From Chiloscyllium plagiosum (Eukaryota): a stretch of DNA of 64,000 nt. The position numbers and the translations under genes are program-made. Under the pieces are notes generated by a model. The model was given only the letters and a program-made list of their open reading frames with translations. It was not told the origin of the DNA and made no database searches. The first letter of the stretch is position 1, and each line of letters opens with the position of its first letter. The stretch covers positions 66,411,351 to 66,475,350 of the forward strand of contig NC_057718.1 of the NCBI RefSeq assembly GCF_004010195.1, read 5' to 3'. This document shows positions 1 to 11,900 of this stretch, in pieces.

Positions 1-747
1 TTCCTTCAGCATATAAATATAGTGTTCCATATGGAAGAGAATACCTTAACACAAAGAAAGAGACTATTGGATGTTTAGTATGGGTGAGGGAAAGTATTTA
101 TTTAAACAGATTAAGTGCAGTTGAATTTCCGTCATTCAGCTTATTGTTTACTATTGCCATTTTTGTAGGAATAGGATCTTGTGTTGCTATTTTGGCTCTT
201 TGTGATGTAGGATGAAGTTTTCTAATCTCCAATTCTTTGAAGAACTTCTAGAAACCTGTAATATTATGTAATGGACAAAATTGCCCATCAACAACTAATA
301 CACATGTACTCTTCATGCCAAAAGAACCAAATACCAAATTTATCTTGTAGATGAGATGTATTGAATTTCCTATAACGAAACATTTACTAACAGGGATATT
401 GATATTAAAGTATGTGTTATAATTACAGGAATATGTCATGATGCAAATTAATCTTGCAGAAGTTAGTAGATAGCCAGTACATCTGGTCAATTCCTTGACT
501 ATTACAACTTATTTGTTGAGCTGTGTATTGAATTTCAAGTCACTTACAACATTTTAGGTGGACTCCTATAGCCTGAACAACATGAACTATGATGAGAAAT
601 CTGGGAGAATCACGTGAGAAATCCAGTGTTGGCATTCTAAATGTTGGGAACAACTGGCTGCATTTTTCACTCATTTTTCTGGGCATCAAGACAAGTTTCT
701 CAATTGGGAATAGCAAGGTTCTAATAAATAGGGATTATTGCTTGTTG

Positions 748-968
748 AGGAGAAAGTGAGGTCTGCAGATGCTGGAGATCAGAGATGGAAATGTGTTGCT
801 GGAAAAGCGCAGCAGGTCAGGCAGCATCTAGGGAACAGGAGAATCGACATTTCGGGCATTAGCCCTTCTTCAGGAACATTCCTGAAGAAGGGCTAATGCC
901 CGAAACGTCGATTCTCCGGTTCCCTAGATGCTGCCTGACCTGCTGCGCTTTTCCAGCAACACATTTCC
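748..968. mobile_element. Palindromic Penelope-like element terminal (pLTR) insertion, family A, with a hammerhead motif
   Basis: 91-bp inverted arms (786-876 and 879-969) with 2 mismatches and a 2-nt spacer. Direct repeat attattgcttgttg at 734-747 and 969-982. The same sequence family caps PLE bodies at 56470 and 63690. Confidence 0.8.
878..913 (+). ncRNA. Minimal type-I hammerhead ribozyme motif (predicted cleavage after C909)
   Basis: CUGAAGA (882-888), extra A, GGGC-UAAU-GCCC stem II, GAAA (902-905), CG, UC. Stem III is palindromic and loopless, as in PLE minimal hammerheads. Stem I is weak. Confidence 0.7.
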
Positions 969-2019
969 ATTATTGCTTGTTGTTGACCTCATTAACTATC
1001 ACCTTATATGCAGCCTCCTATTTAACTCTCACCACAAAGAAAATAAACATTGACAGATTCTCGACAAGAAAGTCAGAGCAGGAATCTGATAACTCCAGCT
1101 TGTCACTTGCTCCTTCACTCTATCTTGGACACCTTGTACCAGCATCTCCACGAATACTCGATGGGCTGTGGTTGCACGTGTTCCCCATCCACGAGCACTG
1201 GCATCTGACATCTGCCAACCTCTTGGAAGTCTCATGGTGTCTCTCTGATCCACTTCCTGGACACACCAACTTCTAAAAGCTGCTGTATGGAGGACACTGG
1301 CAAAGAACATTGCAATGCAGTGACATGTATCCACCTCTCTGTGGACAGGCTGCACACTCGCTGTCTTGATGCTCAATGTCTTTGCATCAGCCTACATGCT
1401 GTCAGCATCATTGCCATGCCTTGCGTCTTAGCATAGTCTCAAAGCCAGGCAGTTTGTCTTGCTGGTCAATAGGACAGATATAATGCACATCACTGTGCTA
1501 CATCAATCTGTCATCCTCCTCGTGTGCCAGCAGCTTGCTTGGTAAACAGATTGCATGTACTGCAAGTGTCAGTCCATGAGTTCCAGCACAGTAAGTCAAG
1601 AACGTTCTCTCCAATTAGTACAGGAATTAGCTGTTGTCAGGTGTCCAGTTGGAGTGTTCTTAGTGTGCGTCTGGAGTTTGGGCTGGGAGACATGGTCAGT
1701 TCATTTGGCTGCATAACAGACCTGGGGAGTAACACTAAAAGAGCTGGGGAGATTCTCTGTCTGGGGCTGTCTGGTTAGGTCACCTAAGGTGGTGGGCCAC
1801 TGCCAATCTGTTGAATCATCCAGCAAAAGCCAGGGGGAATGATGGAACAAAGGAGGCCACTGCTGTGGAAAAGAGATGAGGAACCCAGTACATAAAATCA
1901 CGTTCTATTATTTGGAACTATCTTCAGGAAGTCCCAAGTGAATGATACGTTTCTGCCTCTTCCTGTGGTATCCTGCATCATGAATGCTAATCTTCAGTCA
2001 ATTTACTTCACACGATTTT

Positions 2020-2375
2020 AAAAAATGGTCAAAGGTACTAGATGCTACAAAGACTATGGATCTTAATGGCATTCTGCCAGCAGTGCTGAAGAATGGCTAC
2101 AAATGTGGCTAATTCTGGAGCACAAACTACAACTTTAGCATCTACCCAATAATGTGAAAAATTACCCAGTTATGCACTGTTCACAAAAAAGCTGGATAAA
2201 TTCAATCTAGCCAGTTACCACCTAATCAGTCTACTCTCAATCATCAGCAAAGTGATGGGAGGGATTGTCAACTGTGGTAGCAAGTGACCCGTTTCTTGCC
2301 AGGAATTTGTTCATTGCATGGTTTGGGCTCTGTTAGGATGACTCAGCATCTGGGATGATTACAGCCTTTGTCTAA
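2020..2375 (+). mobile_element. Decayed CR1/L2-group LINE RT fragment
   Basis: 'aatctagccagttaccacctaatcagtctactctcaatcatcagcaaagtgatgg' is an NYRPISLLS..SKVME-like RT N-terminal motif. Confidence 0.6.
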
Positions 2376-2559
2376 ATGTGGTAGAAATTATCATGAAAGA
2401 GAAAATAAAATGTACTTATGACAGATGTCGAATAGGAAGTCCAACTAAAAGTCGGATTGAATATAAAAGGTTCAAAGCGGAGGAAGAGCAAATCAGGGAA
2501 GCCAGCAGCAAGTATGCAAACAACTGGCAGCTAACTTATAAGAAATTGTCAAACTCTTC

Positions 2560-4110
2560 TTCATTAAGTAGTAAAAAAAAAAGTGCGTGTGGCTGAAGTA
2601 TGAAATAAATATCACCTTATTGAACAAAGATGATGATGGTCATGGTGAAAGAGGTGGAAATGTCTCTAGTAGGGTTTGATTTTAAGCAGGTGTTGATATT
2701 GGATAAGGTTGTCTGTACTTAAAGTTGACAGGAGACTGGATGCGATTCATCCAAGGATACTGAGGGAAGTGAGAGTGGAAATTGTGGAGGCACTAGCAAT
2801 AATTTTTTCAGTCTTCCTTGGACATGGGTGGTTTCAGACAACTGGAGAATTGCAAATATTGCTCAAAAATAAGTGCAAGGACTCAACTTACCTGTTTAAC
2901 TTTGGTGGGAAAACCATTTAGAAACAACTAGAAACAATTCTGAACAAAAAAAAGTAGTCACGTGTACCAATACAGGTTAATTAAGGAGTGTCAGTATGAA
3001 TTTCTTACAGGAAAATCAGGTGTAACTAGTTTGGTTGCACTTTTTTGAAAAGGTTACAAAAGAGATTCATTAGTGCAATTAATTGATATGGTGGAAACTG
3101 AGTAATTGCAATTGTTAATGGATGCTTTTCAATTTGGAAATAAGTTTCTGTTACTTCCCCGAGGATTCAAATTAGGACTCTTGCTTTTCCTAATATTAAT
3201 GATTGGACATTTGTGTGCTGGTCCCAATTTCAAAGTTTGCAGATAATATGCAACTTTGAAGGTGGAAGCTTTTTAAACTGTGAAAAGGATAGACAATAGA
3301 CACATTAGAGAGGTGGCAGATGAAGTTTAACATGGGGATGTGTGAATTGATGCATTTTAGAAGGAAGACCATGGAGAGAATATAAAACCAAGTGTACAAC
3401 TGCAGCAGCAGAAGGACCATCTTCTGTTGTACTTGATATGACTCCAACCAATGAACCTTGCCCCAGTTCCCATTGACTTCAGTTTCTCCATGATTTCTTG
3501 ATATCACATGAAGTCAAATGTGACCTAATGTGGCAGGACAAATTGGGAAAGCAGGAAAGCTTAAAGTATCTTAAGTTTTTACAACCGGGAAATAGAATAC
3601 AAGAGTATGGGTATGTTGAACTTGTGCAAACAGTCCAGCCTCAGTTGGAATATAGTCAGGTTCTAGGCACTTTGGAAAGAATGAGAAAGAATCAAAGAGA
3701 CTGTGCAAGAGATTTACAAATTTGTTTCCAGACTGAAACTTCAGTAAAGAAGGTAGTCCCAATTCTCCAATCTTTTCCCACTTGGAGGAGAGAAAGCTAT
3801 GAGGAGATTTGATTGAAGTATTCAAAATCTGTAGAGTTTGGAACAGTAAACTGTGTTAAAATGTTTGCACTCATGAAAGGACTGTGATTGAGTGGGCACA
3901 GACTTCAAGTAATTAGTGAATGAAACTGAAGTTGATATCAGGAAAATGCTTTGCCATGAATTGATCAGTTTGGGTCTGGAATGAATTGCTTGAAAGTAGT
4001 GGAAGTGTATTCAATTGAGACATTCAGTAGGGAATATGACAGTTATTTGAAAGGAACAACATGCAGGAAAAAAACATAAGAAAGACACTAGGTTAAAAAT
4101 AAAACTCATT
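2560..4110 (+). mobile_element. Decayed CR1 LINE ORF2/3' fragment
   Basis: Remnants 'DAIHPRILREVRVEIVEALAIIF', 'SKFAD' and 'VQPQLEY', with many indels. Confidence 0.75.
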
Positions 4111-4504
4111 TGGACAGCTGCTTCTATTACAAATGACCAAATGCTGCTTCCTGCACTTTGAGCTATGTAATTTTTGGACAAGGAACTACCCTTGAGGTGA
4201 GAGGAAAGTAACTACCCTCAACATTAGTCCGCATTTGACTTAATGTGCTATCAGGAAGCCAGGAGGAAACTAAAGTTGGTTGGAGTCCGACCGAGCACAA
4301 AGATGTTTGTAGTGGTTGGAGGTCAATCTGTGGGCATTGCAGAATTTCTTCAGGGTAGTGACTAAGATTGAATCATCTTTAGCTGTTTCATAGACAACCA
4401 TCATAATGTCAGACATGGGGATGTTCACCTGATAATTGCGCAATATTCTGTCTCATTTGTGACTGCTCAGAAACTGATATAGTGCATGACTCTGAGCGAA
4501 ACTT

Positions 4505-5430
4505 AAGACCACAAGAAATAGGAGCAGGAGCAGGCCTTTCAGCCCCACAAACCTGCATTGCCATTCATTAGGCTTATGGCTGATCCCACATTCCACATGT
4601 CTACTTTCCTTTGTTTTCCCTGTAATCTCTAACTACTTCTTATCAAGAATCAGTCTATCTTAGCCTTAAATATACACAAGGACACTACTCTCATAGCTTT
4701 CTGTGGCAGGGAGTTCCAAAGGCGTTCAGCCATCATAGATGAAATTCTTAATCTTGAATTAGTGCCCCTTTATTCTGAGACTATGCTGGACTCTCTCATG
4801 AGGGGAAACCATCCTCTCAACATTTACCCTGTTAAGTCCCTTAAGAAGCCGATATGTTTCAATAAGATCGCCTCTCATTTTTTTAACCTCTAGTGAGTAG
4901 AGTCCCAGCCTAATTAGTCTTTGTTCATATGACAATCTCTCCATACCAGGAATCATCCTAGTGAACCTTCTCTGAACCTCCTCCAATGGAATAGTATCTT
5001 TCTGTAAATAAGGGGACCAAAACTGCTTACAATATTTCAGGATGTGGTCTCAGCAGTACCTCAAACAGTCACCGTAAGACTTGTCTACTCTTTATAGTTC
5101 AATCCTCTCGAAATAAGGGCCAACATTCCATTAGCATTGCTGATTACTGCTGCACATGTATGCTAGCTTTGTGTTTTATATACAAGTACCCCTAAATTGC
5201 TTTGTGTTACAACTTTCTGCAATTTTTCTCCATTTAAATAATATTCTGTTCTTTTGCTCTCCTTTCCAAAATTAACAGCTTCACATTTTGCCACATTATA
5301 CTCCATTTGCCAACACTTTGCCCTCTTAATCTATCAATATCTCTCTGTAAACTGTATGCCTCACTACCTTACTTTCCACATTTTTGTGTCTGTAAATTTG
5401 GCTCACTCTCTACCACCAATTCACTATCTA
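4505..5430 (-). mobile_element. CR1 LINE 3' fragment
   Basis: ORF 4759-4986 'VQRRFTRMIPGMERLSYEQRLIRLGLYSLE..RGDLIETY' is the CR1 ORF2 C-terminus. 3' tail near 4505. Confidence 0.9.
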
Positions 5431-8089
5431 CAAGATGCACTACATTAACTCACTCAAACTTCTTTAGTGATCTCTGTCATTTTAAACAATAAAGAACACC
5501 ACTGCTTGCAAGATCTCCTAAAAGCTGAATAACTTGGAACAATGTCACAGATTCTTCAATGTCAGTCAAAATTCTGCAACTCCTTTAACTAAAATTCTGT
5601 ACCTCCAAAACATGCACTGCAGTGGTTCAAAAAGCAGGCTTATCTCCACCTTTTGGGGGGAAATTAGGATTGGGCAACATATGTCCCAGCCATTATTGCT
5701 CATTCCCGTGAAAGAATTTAATGCAAAACTTTGACAGTCCTTATTCAACCAGAAATGTCATGCAGACCTTTTTTTCATTGAAGTACAGACTTTCTAAATA
5801 ATTTTCTTGTGTGAACAAAACGTTATGAGTCCTGATATCAGACAAGAACTCAGCACTGTACTCTGCTGTCACATATGTAGTTTTTTCCATCACTAATGCC
5901 ATTTTTGGGCATTTGGAGTCTGTGGAAGCCTTGTCACCCACTCGTTGCTTCCTGTTCACAGGTCCACACCTGACTGCAGCACTCCTAACTACTTGCCATT
6001 CTGCTCATCTTACTGCCCCATTCTCAACCCACTTGCCTTCCAGTCAGTGCCCAGCTCTGACTCCTCTCGTTATCCATCTCACCATTATGCATACTGAAGC
6101 AGCAAGAGTTTGGAGCAGAGTGAGTTTATGTGAGTTCTTCATATTTTAAAATTGTACATAAATCTCTTGATTTTGTAGTGGTTGTAATGAAGTCCAACCA
6201 TTGACGTTTCATTTTTAATACCATGCAACTCCTCCACTGCCCAAAGAAAGGCAAAACTAATTTTGCAGCCTTCTCCTCAGCCATAGGGTAGATTTCTTTT
6301 CTTCACTATAAAGTATTTAGTCTCCCTTTTATCTGTTGATTCAAAATTGGTCACTATTTTCCATACAAAGTTTGAATTTAGCATTAATAGTATTTACAGA
6401 ACACACATTTGAAAATGATAGTATTAATTTTAAAAACAATAACCCGATTAGACAGGGTCTGGATTGATTTTGTCAATCTATTTCAAATCTTCCAGCATTG
6501 TAAAAAAGAAAAATTTGTTTAATTGTTACGTGCATTACTACATACCAATAGTCAACCAGTGAGATGGAGGCATTAATTCTTAATTAGGTAATCATTACCA
6601 ACTAACTTGACATTTTGACTCTTCTGACTTTTAAATGGTATACTTAACAAATGGATTATTGTTGAGGTGTTGATTGCTAAGTGTACATTGATTTAGCAAA
6701 ATCCTGAGGTTCTTAAACAACTAAACAGTTCAAGGCTATAATGGTAAACTATCTTCTATTTCTGGCACATCTTTTCAGCCAGTGCGTTCATGGTTATAAT
6801 GCTACTTTATAATTTTGTTCTGGAAAGGATAGTCTGAATGTAACGAAAGCACAATAGGTAACAGATGCTTTAATTCAGCTCTATGCCTTAAATTTAAGTA
6901 TAAAAGTTGGTGCAAATTTCAGTTTTTCTGGTAAGTTGACATATTTGATTCTTACGTTGATGGCAGTTAATGATGTGCCAGTATTAACACTAAACTAATT
7001 TCTTTATCTCCTCCAATTTCTCCTCGCCTTCCTGCCACCCCATTCGCACCTAAACAGAAATATGTACTGCAGAATGTGCAATCTAAATGTAAATTACAGA
7101 TTTCCATTTAATTGAAACAGGACCATCCGTAAGATGGCCCTTTCTGTGCATAATTACCTCCTTGCATTCCATGAATGTTCAAAATTTTATATTTAAAAAA
7201 AAAGCACTGGTAACTTGAGTAAAAATAAAGTCAGCAACAGTAATTATTTCAAGTGCAAGATTACTATTGTTCAGAACTCTGATATACTTGATAAACTGTT
7301 ATTCTTAGTATCATGCTGATATTCAGCTACAAGTTAAATGTTTTTGCCATGTTTCTGTAACTGCTGCTGTAATTACTTTAGATTTTTGAGTGCAATGTCA
7401 ATCCGGTCTATGTTCCCTTACAGTTACTATTGACCTGCAATATTTTTGATGAGTTGAGGGAGCTGACATATCATCTGTACTTTGTGAATACATGCAGCAA
7501 AAGAACATTTCAGTTGTTTTGCAAATTACCAAATACGTTTAGTAATAATATTCACAAGATTTCCTTTGTAATATGCATGACTCCCCACACATCCCCAGAC
7601 AGTTTCATCACATGGATTACCTGTTTACACTCCTTTCTATCCCTACTAAAAAATGTTAGAATTGTCCCCAGTATGTCCCCTTACTCAGTGTTTTATAGGA
7701 ACTTGAAACACTATGCATATGTTTAATTTTCAAAAGCAGTCTTTTATTTCTCCATGATGTGTTATGTGGTTTGCCCCTTACATTCTCCTGTCTGTAAGCA
7801 TATTAAAGAAGGGTCTAAAATGAAGTTGAAGTAATTTTTGTTTTGCATATTTCATTTAGCTTTTGAGTTGCAGAATTTCTGAATGTTATATCTTTGAAAA
7901 TTTGGGCCTGTAGTTCCAATGTGATTTTGAAAATAATCTAGGGGTGGATGTTTTTTTCAAAAACAAGATAGACATTTTAAGCAGTGCTCAATTTACAGCT
8001 TCCAACATGAATGGCACTTTTATATGATTTTAGTGATTTTTGGAATCACTTTTTTTTTCAAACTAATAATACCGAAGCAGAAAGTGAAA

Positions 8090-8615
8090 TATAGAGTAAA
8101 ATATCCTTTATTGTCACACTTGCTCCATTATACAAGTAGAGTGAAAGGTTTTACAATGTCTGTCTCTTAGGTTCTTATACCTAAGATGGCGCCATAAGTA
8201 CAAATCTAGGATACAAAAGAGGAGTAAAAAGTAGTTGCACTGCTTTACAGACTTTAAAGAATAAGTTAGAAGTAAGACCTTGCTGGTAAACATTACATTG
8301 TATCAGCTCAGCACAGGGCCTCCACACGTGGTCTGATCTCCCGCACCAGACCCCAGTCTAATAGCCATCCCTGCTCTACTCCAAGCCTCCAGTCTGCTCT
8401 GTACCGGCACTCAGCTGCTCCAAGGTAAGTTCCAGGACTGCTTCCCCCATGCTGGTCTCTGCCCAGGGCTCTCTCCACCATGTGCTGCTCCGGGGTTCAT
8501 TGCCTGTGCCTGCTGCTGCTCCAGGATTTGCCTCTGGGGCTAAGGGGAGAGAAAAAGAGAGAGAGAAAAAGAACAGGCAGAGACCACAGGAGCTCTGGCA
8601 GCCATCTTGCCGCAA
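8090..8615 (-). mobile_element. Short non-coding retroposon with Rex1/Babar-like ends (tentative)
   Basis: The minus strand starts 'gcggcaagatggctgcc' and ends 'gtgacaataaagg' followed by a short-repeat tail. No coding capacity. Confidence 0.4.
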
Positions 8616-8929
8616 AATAGCTGATCAGACTGTAATTTTTATTTGGTAACTCTGAAATACTTTGATCAAACGTGAATATGGGTTTGTAACAAATGTGGGT
8701 TGGTAGAGCATGTGAGAGTGGTGACAATATGACTTTGTCACATTTAGGAAGGAGTCTTAAGGGAAAAATTCTTCTTTATGCATATAATACAGAACTGTTA
8801 CCATGTTACAAGAATTAATTGTCAATGTGTAGTAATAAGTGTGGAGTAAACAGTCCCAATTCATCCAGTCTTGCCTTAGTGAGCTATCTATTCAGTCATT
8901 GCATCCAGACAGTGAAACATTTCATCTTG

Positions 8930-11900
8930 TTTATATATTTTTTATTAAAACATTTTAAAAAATATTACAACAAATCCAAAACTAGACAATTCAAAATGGT
9001 ACAAAGAAAAAGCACAGAACTACATTTATGTATAAATACGTATAGATTATGTATACATATGTTTTAAAAAAAGGACCCACTAAATACATAATAACTAACA
9101 GCTAGACACTAACTAACAGCTTGGTGAGACAAAACAATAGCTCTCAACCATCGAGAGCATTAATTTATATGTATTCATATGTTTGTAATTTTTCCTCTTT
9201 GGGTATTAGATTCATTTAAACAATCGTTACGGCTATATAAAAATCCTTATTAATGTGGCAGACAAATCTGTGCCCAGATAATCCAAAAAGGGCCACCGCA
9301 TCTTATAGAAATTCTGCTTTATGGTGCACCGGACTTGTAAGATAATCTAAAGGGATGTGCTCCATGACTAGCTTACGCCAGTCCGACAACCCTGGAGGAC
9401 TTTCTGACACCCACCCTAACAGAATATCCGGTCTCGCACAAAAAGTAAGGATACTGAAAAGCTTTTTTTTTGTGCGTATCTAAAGGATGTACATTAGCCA
9501 GGTCAAGAAGAGGAGATACTTTCTGTCCTCGAGACCCCTTCTATTTCACCTACCACTGCGCTCCAGTGAGTGAGAGCACCTGTACTCATTTTGCACTTGG
9601 ACATATGAAAGATACTCCCACTTTAAATTTTGAGACATGATCTGGAGCTAAGTGGACCCTGTGGAGAAGCTTAAATTGCAAAGCATGGGGGTCCTATTGC
9701 AAATTGAGATGCTTCTTGCATTTTCCCAGATATCTTCCCATGTCTCAGAGGAGATCTCATCACCCAGCTCTCCCTCCCATGCCTTACAAAGCCACTCAGT
9801 CTCGTTCAAGGAGCCCTCTCACAACAGGTGATAAGGAGTGCTGACAGAAAGTGTGTTCTTAGCACTAAGCACTCTCTTCTCTGTGTCAGATCTATAGGAG
9901 TCAGTTAGAAATGTAGTTCTTTAAATGAAGTCCCTGGTTTGAAAAAAAAAGGAAGAGGTCCCTGCTAGGTGATTCGTATTTCTGAGCTAACTGGTCAAAA
10001 GCCATCAGTGTGTCCCCCTCAAATAGGTCACCTAGGCAAGACACCCCTAGCTGCCCAAAGTTTAAACCCTGAGTCCATCATCCCTAGTTGAAAACCCAGC
10101 ATATGTATGGATGTAAGAAATTATGATTTGGCAATATTGCCCTCCATGCTTCAACAGTATCGATAATTATTGGTTATGGCAATATTCCTTAACTGCCCTC
10201 ATTTTGTCCAAGAACAATAGTAAAGGGGCACCCTGCCTGAGAAGCTTCGATGTCTAACTATGGTGAGAGCGGGTCCCCACAGGCCCAGTCTCTCTCGTAA
10301 GGTAACAAAGAGTTTTTAATAGTTTTTAATAGTTTTTAGTATCTGGAAGGTGCACTCCTCCCAGTCTGTGGGATAGCTAATTTAATAAGGGGTCACTTCC
10401 TCAATGCCAGATGAAAGAACTGAACCAACTGTTCAGTCTCTTGAATATTTGCCTATTAAAGATCAAAGGGAGCATTCGCATAGGGTACAATAGGCGGGAG
10501 AGAATATTCATTTTAAAGAGTGCTATCTGACCTAACCAAGAAATCGGAAGCACCTCCCATCTTTGAAGGTCTTGTTTGATTTTGGCAAATAAATGGACAT
10601 AATCAGCTTTAAATAGCCGATCAAACACTGGAATAATGAATATACCTAAGTAAAGAAAATCCCCCTGTGACCAGTTAAAGAGAAATTGAGATTTGCCCTT
10701 GAGACCAGGTATTTTTGGGAGACCACCCATAGGCATGGCGTCCGATTTCGTAAAGTTAATCTCGTAACCGAAAAAATGCCAAACAAATTGATGTATTGTA
10801 TCAGAAGAGATACCAAAACTATTGGGTTTGACAAAAAGATAAGAACATAATTTGCATACAATGTGATCTTATGTGACTTTGTCCCCGCTTCTGGAGCAGA
10901 TAAATTGGGATGCCTACTTATTGCCTCTGCCAGTGGCTTAATCACCAATGTAAAACGTCCTGTTGACTGCCCCTAAGGATATTGAAATTGCTAAACCGCA
11001 CACCATTGGTGAGAACCGCACACCATTGATGAGGACCGCAGCAAGAGGGTCACTATAAAGAACTTTTACCCATCTGGTAAAGGCTTCACCCAAATCAAAC
11101 CGCTCCAAAGTATAAAAGAAAGAATGGCCACTCGACCCAATCAGAATCCTTTTCTGCATCTAGAGAGATCACTAATACCTGTACAGATTGTTGACATGCT
11201 TGGATCACATTGAGTAACCTCCTGACGTTGTTCGATGATCTGTGGCCCTTTATGAAGCCCACCTGGTCCTCCTCAATAATGGAAGGCAATACAGTTTCTA
11301 GCTGTAGTGCAAGAGTCTTGGGATTTTGAAATCAGCATTCAAAAGTGAGATAGGTCTATAGGAAGCACAATCATCTGGGGGCTTCCCCTTTTTAAGAATG
11401 CGAGATATTAGCATCTCTTAAAGATGGCGAGAGGAGGCCATGACTGTGCAAATCATTGAACAAACTAAGCATCGATCCTGACTGTATGTTGATAAATTCC
11501 TTAAAATTCACTGGGAGGTCTGTCAGGATCAGGCACCTTTTCACTTTTGGAGCTGCCTCCCAGCCTACTGCACCTCTTGCACTGACAATGGGACATGAAG
11601 GAAAGACTCTTGTTCAGGGGTTGCACCTGGGGATCCAGATTCCTGAAAAAAGGCTCCATCCTAACCCACCCATTCTCGCAACTTTCAGACTAGTATAATT
11701 CAGGGTAAAATCTCTGAAAGGCCACATTGATCCTTTTTGAATCACAGCTCTTTCCCTGATCAAGGTGATGGCTTGAGGGGCACTCCTTTTTCCTGGCAAG
11801 ATAAGCTAAGTACTTGCCTGGTTTATCACCATGATCAAACAACCTTTGTTTTGCAAAAGTAAGCCCTTTCTTAGCTGTCCATGTGAGCATGGAGTTCAGT

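Noticed and set aside
558..613. Possible exon (ttttag|GTGGAC...AC|gtgag)
   Set aside because: 56 nt, frame-shifting relative to the phase-0 downstream exon, and no recognisable homology.
5962..6119. Possible exon (ttcctgttcacag| ... |gtgagt) within ORF 5913-6149
   Set aside because: 158 nt; the open frame is phase 1-0 and the peptide has no resemblance to TIAM proteins. No support without RNA data.
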